From Hormiphora californensis (lineage: Eukaryota; Animalia; Ctenophora): 64,000 bases of DNA. Positions 15,637-29,064 of this stretch are shown piece after piece. Every line of letters begins with the position of its first letter. The stretch's first letter is position 1. A program made the translations under genes and the position numbers. Location: assembly GCA_020137815.1 (NCBI GenBank), contig CM035355.1:1054001-1118000 (forward strand). The letters are read 5' to 3'. The notes below the pieces were generated by a model. It saw nothing but the letters and a program-made list of their open reading frames with translations, searched no databases and was not told where the DNA came from.

Positions 15637-16156
15637 GGTGCATGCTCGCCTATAATAGTTAAGTTGTTTAAGCATCGTTATCTTCCTAGTCCATTGTTCA
15701 CAGCAATAGCCCTCCCCATCCCGTTACATGGTTAAGTGAGCTCATTCAAGAAATTTCTGGGTCAGACCACTTAACTGCAACAATTTCCTGTTTTTAGAGG
15801 TGTGGTTTAGTGGTTTTAAGATTGCATGAACATCAGTGGTATGATTCCTTCATAAATAAAACAGCTACTTCATTTTAGACACAAATATATCACAATAATA
15901 CACACAATACAATCAACAATGAACAAGAAACTAAATTCAATAATCATTTCCATTGTGTAGCGATGCATTATCAAATGACCCGAAATTCATTGGGCTGTAA
16001 AACGATTGCACAAACATAAGAGCAGCATTACCATAGAAAGGAACCTGGCTTGGATTTTAACGAAGTCCAAATTAAATTTAAAACACACTTTCAGCTAAAA
16101 CAATGAATGAGTTTTTCTAACAACCAAACAACAGTTTATACTCTTTAGTTACAGCG

Positions 16157-19100
16157 CTAGGTGCTACAACATTTGGCCCCTCTATTAGACATCATGATTC
16201 CACGTTGCTCAAATCCGGAAGCGCTGCCCGTGCTTTTCATCCTTTTAGAGGAGAACCCTGTGTTGGATATGTAACTGGCATTGGTCGCCATGCCAACACC
16301 ACGCCCCGCCTCTGAGGACGGGTGGTCCTTCTCGGTATTGTTGTTTCCTGACCGAGACATGAATCCTTGGATACGGTTTAGTCGGCGGATCAGGGTTCGA
16401 TACTTCGCGTACACCTCCATAAATACCAATTGGAACTTCGGCAACCTGTGCAGGTAAAATGTAGGTAATTTAAAGAAACAATTTCGGGATCCCCTGCCTG
16501 ATTAGGGAAATTTGATAACCTAGTGTACTGTATAACTCCGTGTATGAGCTGATCTGTGCTGTACGGGACCAGCATTTAAAAACTTTTCATATACAAATAT
16601 ATGCCAGCTTGGTCTTTAAGTATGTACAATAATCTTTGATTAAAACTAAAGTTTCAAGCTGGACAATATAATTATTATACCTGAATGCGTAGACGAATGG
16701 ATTGAGAGCAGAGTTTACATAGCTGAAATACCACACCGCCACCCGGATATTAAGTAAATCATAATCGTTTATTCCGATGAGATCTCGAAACTTTGTGCGT
16801 AACACGTAAACTGTCATGTGAGGGAACCAAGAGACCAGAGAAAGGATAACGACCAGCATCAGGGTTATGGTCTTACTGATTACCCTGCTCTTCCTCACTA
16901 CCCACGCTTTGCTGTAAACAATAGGGATTGTTACTGTAAGACATATTAAATTTCTAATGCAGCCATGCTTTAAAAAAGATATTTAATGAATACACGGGTG
17001 TCAGGATTGCCATGCCAGCGAAGAAAAAAAACGAGAAACTCTTGATCTTCGTGACTTTCGGCTTCATCAAATATTAACTGACAAGTACATTTATCGGCCT
17101 CTCTAGAGAACGGGGAAAAGAAAAAGAAAGCGATAACCCGGTCGTTTGTAGTGGGAAAACGGTTATGGAAAACGGAGATACGGTACTTCATGCTATACTT
17201 CATACAATACTTCATGCAATACTTCATGCAATACTTCAAGCAATACTTCATGCAAACATCTAGCTAAAACATTACTGACACATTCGATTATATATATACC
17301 GATAGCCGGTTATAATCGATATATTGTCATTTGTTAATTACTCAGGGCAGAGAGAACTCGAAGTTATTCCTCCATGCCTTTTCTGTCGTTTCTTAAACTC
17401 CCGTATTTCTTTTAGATGTTGACTGTGTAATGGTGTAATGGTGACTAAACTCAATCAACAAATACAAAATCGGTGTTTTTAGGGCCTAATTAGGATTTAG
17501 TAATGTTAATAAATATCATTTAGCTGAGCAGTGAGCATTAAAATTAATCGAGATGGAGAAAAGCATGAGTTTCTGTTCAAGTTGTTAAACTGCTGATTCT
17601 AATTCGAAGCTACAACGGTCTACTACCCAATATTTCAGTTTTGATGGATCGTTCGTTACGGTTAAACGATCGCAAATCAAACTATATAATCAATAATGCA
17701 CCTATGTAATATCTAGAGATATTTTACGATATGTATAATACCTTTCACCCACATTCAGCATTCCCCCGTGTCCGATAAATATCTAGAAATATATTCAAAT
17801 TTTATACCCGTCTGAACCCGATTTATACCGGGTTGCTTGGGGGTAATGGTTTTGCCCGGTTTATCGTGGTGCACGGAGTCAAATTCTGTTAATTTTCTAT
17901 ATCGGGAGAAGTTTATCCTCCCGGTAAATCGGGGTTCCGATAAATGGGGGCCCGGTTTGAATATGTTGACCCTCAGCTTGTGTAGAATTTTAAAAATGGG
18001 GTTTTGATGATTTAGCATTGAATATATTATATTCAATAACTCTTTTTAGGTATTTAAAATCTCCAGCCTAGCTTCTTTCTATTTACGTAGCACCTGTTAT
18101 ATGTCTTGAAGGGGGCCAAGCCCCCGGAAATTTAAGAATTTTAACAGATTGTCATGCATTTCCATGCATTTGGAAGTCCTATTTGACAGTTATCAATAAA
18201 TCAAATCAATAAACCCATAAAATTTCCAATTTTGGTAAATCCCAGGGCCCTGTAAGTGACAAGAACTGGTAGGCGGTAAATGTTAACCAGATCTGAGAGA
18301 AAACGTACGTGCAAAACCACGTTTTTGTCCAAAACTCAGTCATTTCTTGACCAATTTGCATAATCTTGGGCGCGTTGGAAAGAGGACATTAAGCTCTTTC
18401 AAATGAGCCCAAAATAATTAAAATCGGCGCAAAATGCGCGGCGTCATGGCGCAAAATGCGCGTTTTCGCCACCACGCCGCACAATTTACGCCAATTTTCA
18501 TTTTCTTGTGTTCATTTGAGAGATCTCAATGTCCTCTTTCCAATGAGCCAAAGATTTTGCAAATTGGTCAAGAAATGGCTGAGTTATGGGCAAAAACGTG
18601 CAAAATTCTCACAGATCTGGTTAACATTTACCGCCTACCACAAGAACTTGGGCCTCAGATCGAATTGATGGGGACTTGTTACTCAACAAATGGTGACAGT
18701 AGATTTAGTAATTTTCGTGTATCAGTCTGTACTGTATCACAACAAATCATCTAAAGAAACCTATAGAACAATTGGATCCCAGTAGTAGCTCTTTAGAACT
18801 AAAACAGTGATCCTGGTTAAATGGTTTGAATTTCTGGTATTATATATCTGGTTCATTCCGGTACATGTAGTAATGCCATACCTAATGGTAAAATATTCAC
18901 TAACACTTTCATGATGCACATTGGACTATTATACTACACAAAAACGTTCTATTGTGAAAGGAGTCTAGCAGATTTAAGGGGGGAGGGGCATTAAAAGTGT
19001 TAATTGCATACAGTTCAAAACAGGCACATTGTGTGTTGTTCATGAAGACCAACTAAACTGATGTATGAAAAATATACTGATATGTTTTCAGTCATTATGT

Positions 19101-22068
19101 ACTTCACAAAATACAATGCGTATACTTTCATGTAAGAGAGCCCAGGTGATGAATATACAGTCGGATCCCAATATACCGGGATCCGGTGAAAATTGGTCAA
19201 AATATTTCGGTTGAAATTTATCTTCCCGGTAAATCGGGGTCCGTCTGTTTTGCAATTGAAGGGTAAATCTGTCTGGTGACGCGACCCCTTACTTTTTTTA
19301 TTCTTTAGAATTTAAAAGGGGGTAATGGGTGTGAGTCATTGCACCACCAGTCACCAGACAGTGGTTGATGGCATAACTGGTTTATACTCCGGGAGTATTA
19401 CTCCCCCTCCTTTAGAACTGGCGGTGAGAGAAAGAAGAATCATACATTATTCTTCTCACCGCCAGTTCTAAATGAGAGGGAGTATAGAGTTAGTAAAAAT
19501 GGATTCTTAATTCTTTAGAGGGTCAATATCGGTAACTGTAAGCGGTAAATAGCCACTCATATCTTCACAATCACATTTTTGGACTTTTTTGGCCGTAACT
19601 CACCCACTTCTTGACCAATTTGTGAAATCCTTGGCTCATTGGAAAGAGGACAATCAGCTCTTTCAAATGAGCTCTTTCAAATTAAAATCGGCAAAATGGC
19701 AAAATGCGAGTCTTCGCCACAACACCGTGCATCTTGCGACGATTTTCATTAGAAAGAGCTCATTGTCCTCTGTCAAATGAGCCTAAGATTTTGCAAAAGG
19801 GTCAAAAAAGTTTAAAAAGATCCAAAAGATGTGTGTGAGTATATTTACCGCTTACCGTCAATATCATTCCAGGAATTTACAAAATGTGAATTGATGTATG
19901 ATGCAAGGTGTGTGCAATCAGAAAATCCTGATAGTGCAAATTATTATAAATCTTGTTGATGTATTATACCTGTTAGAAACTGTGAACAGTACCACAACTC
20001 GAAGAGTTAGAAAACTTGCCGCTGTTATTAGAAAAAATACTGTTCCCTGGGAAAATTAAATAGTGTCATTTATCACCCCATACTGATAGTGATACTACAG
20101 TAAACCTACTGATCCTAGTTGTATAATTCGCACCCCCGCGACAGCGAGAGAACAAGAATAACTGCATTATGTCTCATAATGCTTCGGTATTCACCCAGGC
20201 TAGGCGGGAAAAAATCAAAATTGTTTTGAACAAAGCAACCAATTAAATGTGTTATATGTTTAGTCAAACCTAGATATACCGATAAACTCATCCTAGTAAA
20301 TCGATGTTTTGCTGTACATAAATCTTACATAATAGCAAATGCGGATTTTTAAGGCCAAGTCAGCACCGCCAGGACTTGCATAGTTGGGTACACACTGTGA
20401 TATCATGACAACGTAATAACCGTCTTGCATGGTAAGGGGGACGTGGAGGGAGACCAGATTTGCCAAACAATACGTCAACATTACTGCCCTGAGAATACGT
20501 TGGAAGGTGAAAGGTGTCTCAATCATCATGATCATTAATTGAATGATTGGGAATATTCTCCTTTTAGAGGAAGATTTGAGTAAATAATTTACAAAATAAT
20601 AATTGGGTTTTTAGTTGGGTTTTTAGTTGGGTTTTAGTTGCTACGTTTGGAAATTATAGCATGTGGTCGGTGTTACTTTCCATACTTGATAGTTTTGGGT
20701 ATGTCAAGAAGAACTTTATAGTGCAGAGGGAAGTAGAGCGCCAAACACCTCTCAATACATATAAGTGCTGTTGTAGCAGCTGACACGTAGTTGAAGAAAT
20801 CCAGGAAGCAGGCTGAAACGTTGCACCATGGCCCTGTTCTGCAAAAATATAGTTGTTCGTATATTCGTAATGAATCAGTATGCCGCAATGAACGTTCACG
20901 TAAACGTAGGGCGGGGAAATTGTTGACGAAAGTGTCGAATTTTGAGACATTACGCCTTCGCCATTATCCAAGCAGGAAAATAAATTAAAGACAGTTTCTT
21001 ACTATACAACATCTACTTATTCTACATACGATGCATCTGAGATGTTTCCATATTTGTTTTCTCGGAACAGCTGGTAGAGTTCCTCCCTACTGAACGATTG
21101 GTTGTCTGCTCCTTCCCAGCGGAGGGTGAACCAACTTTGGGCAACAAACGTTAAATGCATACTCCCCAGTAGAAAGTCACTCAACTGAAATTGGGTACGA
21201 AGGATTAATTAAAATCAGAGCGATCCAAAATCCAAATAAAAGATTTTTGAAGGGGAATTCTACAGGAAAAGTTAAAAAACATTGACTTTGAGATGTAGGT
21301 TTTTGAGACCCTTTTTGATGTCCAACTGAAATATGTTTCCATTCTAGATTTGTGTTACAATTGACCATTCGCTCTCTCTAATTTCCTTTTTAAATGAGAT
21401 AATACAAGATGGTTTGAGCTAGTAATTTTTGAGGTCAGGAATACCAATGATTTTGTCTCACGGTACATCTCAAGTTTAATCAAATATGTTTCCTGCCACC
21501 TGTCGTCTGTTACGCAGGGTTGCTGACAAGTTTGGTTTTGATCATAAATGGATAAAATAGTTAATTAAACAACATATATGATATACTCACTGCTAAAGCT
21601 GCAATAAGTATAAAGGTTGGACAGGATGATAATGCTTTATTCATCCATATGACCCCGACTACTCCGGCATTACCGATGGTCGTGGAACCTGTAATTTGAA
21701 ACTTTTAGTTTTTTGTAGGAATGATAGTCGTGTAGTTTGTTCAGTCGCTTGGAGTTGGATCTTGGACCTATTAATAACAAGTGTAGTAGTGATAAAATAC
21801 AAACAAGTATTTTCTTCTGAAGTATTCTTCAATGAATCTGGAGTATATTAAATCAGTTAGATTCACTGTAAACAAAAAATAATTACCACTGTTTACTTCC
21901 TCACTAAATATACATTGGGACATAATTTGCTTTACTTCCTCATAATGAACAACTAGTTGTAACATAAATTGCTATCAATGAAAACTCACATGCCAGTACT
22001 GAGACGATACTCCCAACGAGATAGCGGGGCTTCCAAATTCCAAAAGGATCAGGAATTGTACCATTCAT
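16157..22068 (-). CDS. Orphan rhodopsin-family (class A) GPCR, 9 exons, ~443 aa
   Basis: In-phase exons 22068-21990, 21688-21591, 21184-21030, 20838-20677, 20488-20329, 20046-19970, 17422-17342, 16911-16681, 16445-16157. Motifs: TM1 GN, TM2 LALSD, WC before TM3, ERC (DRY-like), FPLHY, TM6 SWFP, TM7 NSALNPFVY. Confidence 0.92.
18268..18639. mobile_element. MULE-like MITE with 9-bp TSD, GPCR intron
   Basis: TIR ggtaggcggtaaatgttaaccagatctg; TSD acaagaact at 18259-18267 and 18640-18648. Confidence 0.85.
19531..19856. mobile_element. Related MULE-like MITE with 9-bp TSD
   Basis: gtaagcggtaaata ... tatttaccgcttacc; TSD gtcaatatc on both sides; internal similarity to 18268-18639. Confidence 0.75.
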
Positions 22069-22168
22069 TATTATCTAAATCTAATGATTAATAACTGAAT
22101 ATTGAATACTGATATATAAATATATATATATATAATGTACAAATCAAAAACAACAGCAGTTTTTAAGG

Positions 22169-22220
22169 TCTATACACATGTTTCATGGTGCCCCACGAGG
22201 AGGCACCAATCATCAGTAGA
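22169..22220 (-). ncRNA. Minimal type I hammerhead ribozyme, intact core
   Basis: Minus strand reads UCUA-CUGAUGA-u-UGGUGCCUC-cucgu-GGGGCACCA-u-GAAA-C-AUGU-GUA^UAGA: conserved core, 9-bp stem II, short palindromic stem III, GUA cleavage triplet and stem I UCUA/UAGA. Confidence 0.8.
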
Positions 22221-23551
22221 TATATATAATGTATATATGCGTATGTATGATAATCTCGACCGACACTAACTATTTTATTAATTATCAAGTATTACTATTA
22301 ATAAATACTCGCCGCATGAATTCTTAAAACTTGACCCAACGCGTGATCTTACATCCCAAAGTGAATCATAAGGTCGCCTGTGCATGCAGTGGCCATATTA
22401 CCATTAGTCATAGTAGTGTATTACAAGTTCTCCAAATATAAGCTGCTTCATGTCATGGTCATGACGTCAACAATATGAATTCGTGACAATTTCTAAAAAT
22501 CGTGAGGCTCGAATAGCATAAAGAACTAAAACCTGAAAAACCTTGCGAAAACAGAATGGAATCTCTTCAACTCGTCACCAACTTTTAGAATTTGTATTCT
22601 TTCAACGGCATAGTGCCTTATAACAGACCGGATAGAGTTTTAGAGTAATATCGCATGTAATGTCAAAATAAAGTAAAGTTTAGAGCTTTTGATTTGATTT
22701 GATAAGACCGGTTGCCCACTGCTCCAAGTATAGAGCTTCTCCCAATTGTTTCAATTACCACGGGTAATACCAGCTTACGGAAGGAGCACCGTTCACGTTG
22801 CATATACCAATACATTTAACAATATGACAGCTTGAGATGATTAATGACAGGCCGGAGACCAATAGTCATTAACGCGACAATTATTTCCATATTATAATCG
22901 AGATATTAAACACGCTTGTAGTACAGAGTACTAAAAACGGAACAAAGGTCAATAATTAGGATAAACAAACTAAATAAACGGGTGGATAAAGGTTGAGCTT
23001 CAACCGAGAAGTGAGGTATGATGAGATAGTGAAAACACATATTGGGCTGAGTGGGAAGGGATGAAAGGTGGAAAGACAGGGTAGCTACGTGTGCAGGATT
23101 GAGATGACGAACGGGGTATATCTTCCCAGTCTGTCACGAAGCGCTCGATGAATGGATAGTATCCATTGTACAAGCAACAAGGGTAATCAATGTGGGAGAA
23201 TTGATAAGATGAATATTATAAGGTATACATGCTATTATAGTATGAGCACCATTTTCACTGCTTTAAAAAACCGTAGGGATTTGAAAAGAACTACAGGGCA
23301 GAAGTATAGTAAAAGTATGGCAAATCATCTTTTTATTGACATATGCACATGTGTTATAATATATGATAATCCACCAGATGTCCAGATGCAACAAATTATT
23401 AGGATCAGTCTGAAAAAGAGAAAACTGAACAACGCGTTTGGTGCTAGAATAGGAGCAGTAACGCTACAACAAGCACAATGGTTTCGTTTTGTATAACGCG
23501 TTACATGATCTAAATCTTTGAAAGAAAGGGAGGATCGAGAAAAAAGAGAGG

Positions 23552-23645
<94 letters not shown>

Positions 23646-24632
23646 GGTGAGAGTAGTTAGAGGCTAGGGAGTTCAAGACCGGCTGTTGAAATGGTATTGG
23701 TAATAGCCAATCGAACAAGAAATGAATTACAATTCATATTGATCACCAATCGGCCTCCAATTCCTTGGGCTTTTGATTTTCATTTTCAATGTTTAAATTG
23801 ATATCAGTGGAGCTACGGTAATGGCGAATACCGTAATGGTGCGGACTTTGCGTAACACGCAAGTGCTTTTGTCAAAAAGCTCTTAAAAGTGCACTTGGTC
23901 AGCATGTCATAACGTGCTGATTGGCCCCGCTTGAATAATCAATACTTTTTTTGCTTCTTGGAAAGCGAATTTCTGATTTAGAGACATTGATGAGTTATCT
24001 TCTTTCGACTGTTTTCAATCAGACCAAGAGGCGATGTACTTTATCAAATAGCTTTTCTTAATTTTTTGTATCCCTGGAAATCTATTTTCTTAGCTGGCTT
24101 GCCGTCTTTTTTAGCAGTAAATTGACAGCTTCTGTAGCCGATTCCAAAAGAAAAGGTGCCAGATCATAAAGCCAGAAAAGGTACAGTCAAAGTTTTCGAA
24201 CCACAAAATACAAAATTCGAAAAATAAAAATTATGAATAACATATTTTATGGGGCACAAATTTTATCATCCATAACAAGCATAATTTCGATATGTTTTGA
24301 AATAAGGTCATATTCTTTGAGCAATGTTCTGAAGAAAGATGTTCAAAGAGAAAGCATAGAGAAACTATATTTTTTTTCAAGACGTACAATCTGCTCGTTG
24401 AACAAATCTAAATTCAATAAGCGTTTACATGCATTAATCTTAATAAATTTATTAAGATTTAAATGCTTAGAAACTAAAAACTAACTTTTAACTTGTTGCT
24501 AAAAAGCGTCTAATATGTAGTACAGTCGGACCACGAATTAACGGGCCCTATTTTATCGGAACCCCGATTTACCGGGAGGATAAAACTTCCCCCGATATAG
24601 GAAATAAACGGGGTTTCCCTGATATATATATA

Positions 24633-25136
24633 TAGACCTTAAAAACTGCTGTTGTTTTTAATTTGTATAAACAGCTCGCCGGCTAACCCCGTGCTAGAGC
24701 ACTCTGTTGATCTCGGACCAAGGGACAGGATATCTATCTTGTCATCACTCCACTAATCTCGCTATAATGCAATGCTCCCTCAATTTATTTGTGGTTGAGC
24801 ACTCTTGTGGATCTGAGGACACGTACGACATCTGGTTTTGAGGAACAATGATCAAAATGGAATACAGATTACACACTCCAAGAAAGGGAAATGGTTGACG
24901 TACTTTGAAACTGGGGAATCTAGAGGTCCAAGATACGAAGATGTGACGTGAAATGGAGCTACTAATTCTAACTAGGAACGTTTGACTGACTGGTTTTATG
25001 AAGGAGTCATACTTTATCACAATTCATTCTCATTTTGATCTTTGTCTACTGATGATTGGTGCCTCCTCGTGGGGCACCATGAAACATGTGTAAGAGAAGT
25101 AGACCTTAAAAACTGCTGTTGTTTTTAATTTGTATA
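24633..25136 (+). mobile_element. Retrozyme-like non-autonomous retroelement (hammerhead-containing, terminally redundant)
   Basis: 37-nt direct repeat tagaccttaaaaactgctgttgtttttaatttgtata at 24633-24669 and 25100-25136; a hammerhead at 25044-25104 precedes the second copy; (TA)n on both flanks; no recognisable coding sequence. Confidence 0.7.
25044..25104 (+). ncRNA. Type I hammerhead ribozyme with a 7-nt insertion after the cleavage site (probably impaired)
   Basis: GUCUA-CUGAUGA-stem II-GAAACAUGUGUA-agagaag-UAGAC; core identical to the copy at 22169-22220. Confidence 0.7.
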
Positions 25137-25410
25137 TATATATATATATATTTGTAGAAGGGGTCTGATAGGGACTCCAATCTCGACTTGAGGTAGTTAG
25201 ATGAGAATTAAAGGACGGTGGTTAACCGGTGGATAACCACCGTCCTTTAATTCTCATATGGTTATGAGCCATATATATGATTATGGGCCATGACCAGAAC
25301 GTATCATGAGCTGTCAGAGCATTAGCGGAGCGTGCGAGAACTGTGGTCAGAGCATTGGCCTTACAGATCATGAGTATCATGACAAAGGCCGTACCAATTG
25401 CACGAATACT

Positions 25411-25904
25411 TTGTTGAGTAAGGGGGAAGAGTGTCACTCTGGGGGGAGACACACTAAAGTTGAGCGCGCTCGTTCAAATCTCAACCTCGCAACACACACT
25501 GAAGTTCGAAGTTTCGCGAAACCCCATTTTCGGCTGAGAAATCATTTGTAAGATGTTAACTTACTTACCGGTACATTTCTCGAGGTGTCCTTTATCCATA
25601 CCGAGTCAATTTCACCGTTTTTGAAATTTTTGGCTAATCCGGTCACAGTTGTCCCAATTCACCAAAAATTTAAAAAACGGTGAAATTGACTCGGTATATG
25701 GACAAAGGACACCTCGAGAGATGTACCAGTAAATAAGTTAGCACCTTACAAATGATTTCTCAGCCGAAAATGGGGTTTCGCGAAACTTCGGACTTTTCCG
25801 CGAAACTTCAAACCGCGAAACTTCAGTGTGTTTCACGCGGTTGAGAGTTGAACGCGCGCGACCAACCTCAGTGTGTCTCCCCCCATTTCCCCCTTACTCA
25901 ACAA
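25411..25904. mobile_element. Foldback MITE with TTGTTGAGTA termini and 8-bp TSD
   Basis: cgaatact|ttgttgagtaaggggga ... tcccccttactcaacaa|cgaatact; interior almost entirely palindromic. Confidence 0.85.
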
Positions 25905-27733
25905 CGAATACTTATTCAACCATAGGCTTTGTTTTCAATGTTCAATAAGTATTCGTGCATGTGAAATTTCTTTGAAGCATAAGCAGTATTTGATTGAAGT
26001 TCGCCTTGGCGAATTGTCCACCAGCATTCATATCAGATTGTCAAAGTTGGCAATCTTTAAATTGTCCACATGACCGTAATCCCTATTGTAGATAAAACAT
26101 TAGCTAGCTGAGCTATGCAACTTAATCTCTAAATGGGGAAGTCAGAGATATCATAGTGACCAATGTATGGGGAGCAGATGACAAAGGAAATTAATTGCTC
26201 TCCCAGTGCATCTTTTCTTTTAAGGAATGTTTTGATTTGTACACGTGTTATTGCTAATACATGATTAGATTAAGATACGAGATCTCATATATTCGGACAA
26301 TTTCGGACAATACCAAAAAGTCATCCGCCCGAAAATCGTGATAGGGAGGAGACACACTGGTCAGTTGGTCACACGCGTTGAGATCTCAACCATGTGATCT
26401 CAACCTTACCGCATGTTTTAACCAAACGGGTATGCTTCATTCAGTAAGGTTTTTAGGTTTCATTCGTTACACAGACATCGCAGACATCGCAGACATCGCA
26501 GATCAAATTAGTTTTCACTAAAATGATCTCCTTATCAATACGCATCGATTGACACTCTATAACATTGTGTTCTGGCAAGATGTTCGCCCGTTAGCCTAAA
26601 ACATGAACCCGCCCCTAATGCACATGTACGTAATAGAAAGGTTTACAACAGAATTTAACGCCGAGAAAGATGGTTCTATTCATTTTGTTCTAGGACGTTC
26701 CTGAAACCCATAAAAGCCGAAAAACCTAAAAATCATAAATTTAGGATTTGAGCACTAAAAATTTTTTTTACTCCTAATTAGACACCAAACACTATTCTGA
26801 CCAAGTTTCGTCAAAATCGGGGCTGTTCTCTCTCAGAGTCTCACTTTAATGAAAGACCATTGAATTTTGAAGATACATATTACAATTTGAAACAGACAAA
26901 CCCGCCTTTAATTCAATAATTTGTCCCCTCCCCCCCCCTCAAGGGAAATTCAAAATTTGATGATTAACTTTACGTATTTTGGAGTTTGGACTTTGGTAAA
27001 CACACTCGAGTACTCTTTTGTAAGTTGGCTTGTAATTTAATCGGCTGTTAATTGGATGTCTCCAAAATTTAAACACAGTCATAAATAAAGAATTTCAACT
27101 TTTTACATAATTTAACCTTTTTGGTTAATCTGCAGATGTAAAAGTTTAATAAAGTTGGAGAATGAGACGTTAACGTAATCACAAAAAGCAGCACTCAATG
27201 TCATTTCACGTCTTACTCACATCTTTAATTTCGCTGCAATATCTAATTTAGTTAAGGGGAATTTCGCTACATCATACTATGATTCATTGAAGTTAAACTT
27301 GTCTACAGATGAAATACAATCGGTAGGCCGAGAAATCGAATTGGAAGCGATTGAACTGGTTCTGGCAAGAATTTGTATGAGGGCCAGCACACACCTACGC
27401 CAAAATCAAAATTAATTTTGGAGCCAGACACACCAGCGCTGTTAAAATTCTCTCTCTACCATTCTCGCAGTAACAATGTCGCGCACTATTTTGACGGTCG
27501 CGTCTGATGACAAAATGATTTTGTCATCCAACGCGACCGTCAAATAATGGCGCACGAGATTGTTTCTGCGAGAATTGTTATGTTCAACCCTCCCTTTACA
27601 TTCGGGGCACCCGAAACACAGTCTAGCCAGGCAATGTGATAATGGGGGAGAGAGAATTTTGACAGCGCTTTGGGGGGGGGGGAGAGAATTTTGACAGCGC
27701 TTTGTACTCAACAATGTACAACAGGGCGTGTTG

Positions 27734-29064
27734 TAGTCAGGGCATATGATGTCAATTTCATGGTGATTTTCGGCATAATTGTTATAAAGCTAATTCCACT
27801 TCTAGGAGGTCCTATTGGGTCCCTAGAACCACCAAAAAAAATGTTCGCGATTTGGTGGATGAAGAAGTTGGGTTTCCGGGCCACGCCCTTCTACCTATGT
27901 TTTGAGCCTGAGGCAAAAAACGCCAAAACTGCGCTTAGGGGAGGAGTAGGGACAAAATCAAGGGCACTAGAGTGTTCAGCGTCCTCGCATTAGTGGGGGT
28001 AGGTGCTGGAATTAAGTCTCTATCTTATCTGGTTAATTGGATAATTGGATAATTAGCTCTGCACATAGCCGTTTTTGGCCGTATGGCTATAGCCATGTTA
28101 GGAAAGGAGTAGAGACAAAACCGAGGGCACTAAAGTGTTCAGCGTCCTTGAATTAGTGGGGGTAGGTGCTGGAATTAAGTCTCTATCTCATCTGGTTAAT
28201 TAGATAATTGGATAATTAGGTCTGGGCATAGCCATTCTTGGCCATATGGCTATAGCCACTTAGGAATGGTTTATCGACTTTTCATTGGTGCCATTTTGTT
28301 CAGAAACGAATTTCAATCTAAGAGTTGTGGAAAAGTTTAGAGCCTATCTCTCACCGTTTTGGCGTTATTTGCGGTCAAAGTAGGCCAATTAACTAATTTT
28401 TTTGGCATTTTCGGCTGATTTGGCATACTTTGACCGCAAATAACGCCAAAACTGCAAGAGATAGGCTCTAAATTTTTCCACAACTCTTAGATTAAAATTT
28501 TTTTCTGAACAAAATGGCACCAATGAAAAGTCGATAAACCATTCCTAAGTGGCTATAGCCATATGGCCAAGAATGGCTATGCCCAGACCTAATTATCCAA
28601 TTATCTAATTAACCAGATGAGATAGAGACTTAATTCCAGCACCTACCCCCACTAATTCGAGGACGCTGAACACTTTAGTGCCCTCGGTTTTGTCTCTACT
28701 CCTTTCCTAACATGGCTATAGCCATACGACCAAAAACGGCTATGTGCAGAGCTAATTATCCAATTATCCAATTAACCAGATAAGATAGAGACTTAATTCC
28801 AGCACCTACCCCCACTAATGCGAGGACGCTGAACACTCTAGTGCCCTTGATTCTGTCCCTACTCCTCCCCTAAGCGCAGTTTTGGCGTTTTTTGCCTCAG
28901 GCTCAAAACATAGGTAGAAGGGCGTGGCCCGGAAACGTAACTTCTTCATCCACCAAATCGCGAACATTTTTTTTGGTGGTTCTAGGGACCCAATAGGACC
29001 TCCTAGAAGTGGAATTAGCTTTATAACAATTATGCCGAAAATCTAACATCATATGCCCTGACTA
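27734..29064. mobile_element. 1.33-kb foldback element with TAG termini and 3-bp TSD (Academ-like)
   Basis: ttg|tagtcagggcatatgatgt ... acatcatatgccctgacta|ttg; ~650-bp near-identical arms with internal ~160-bp direct repeats; spacer near 28385-28420. Confidence 0.75.

Noticed and set aside
16681-16740. GPCR as an opsin (MNGT start)
   Set aside because: The position equivalent to the retinal-binding Lys in TM7 is Tyr.
24745-25020. Minus-strand ORF inside the retrozyme-like element as an RT or GIY-YIG fragment
   Set aside because: No recognisable motifs.
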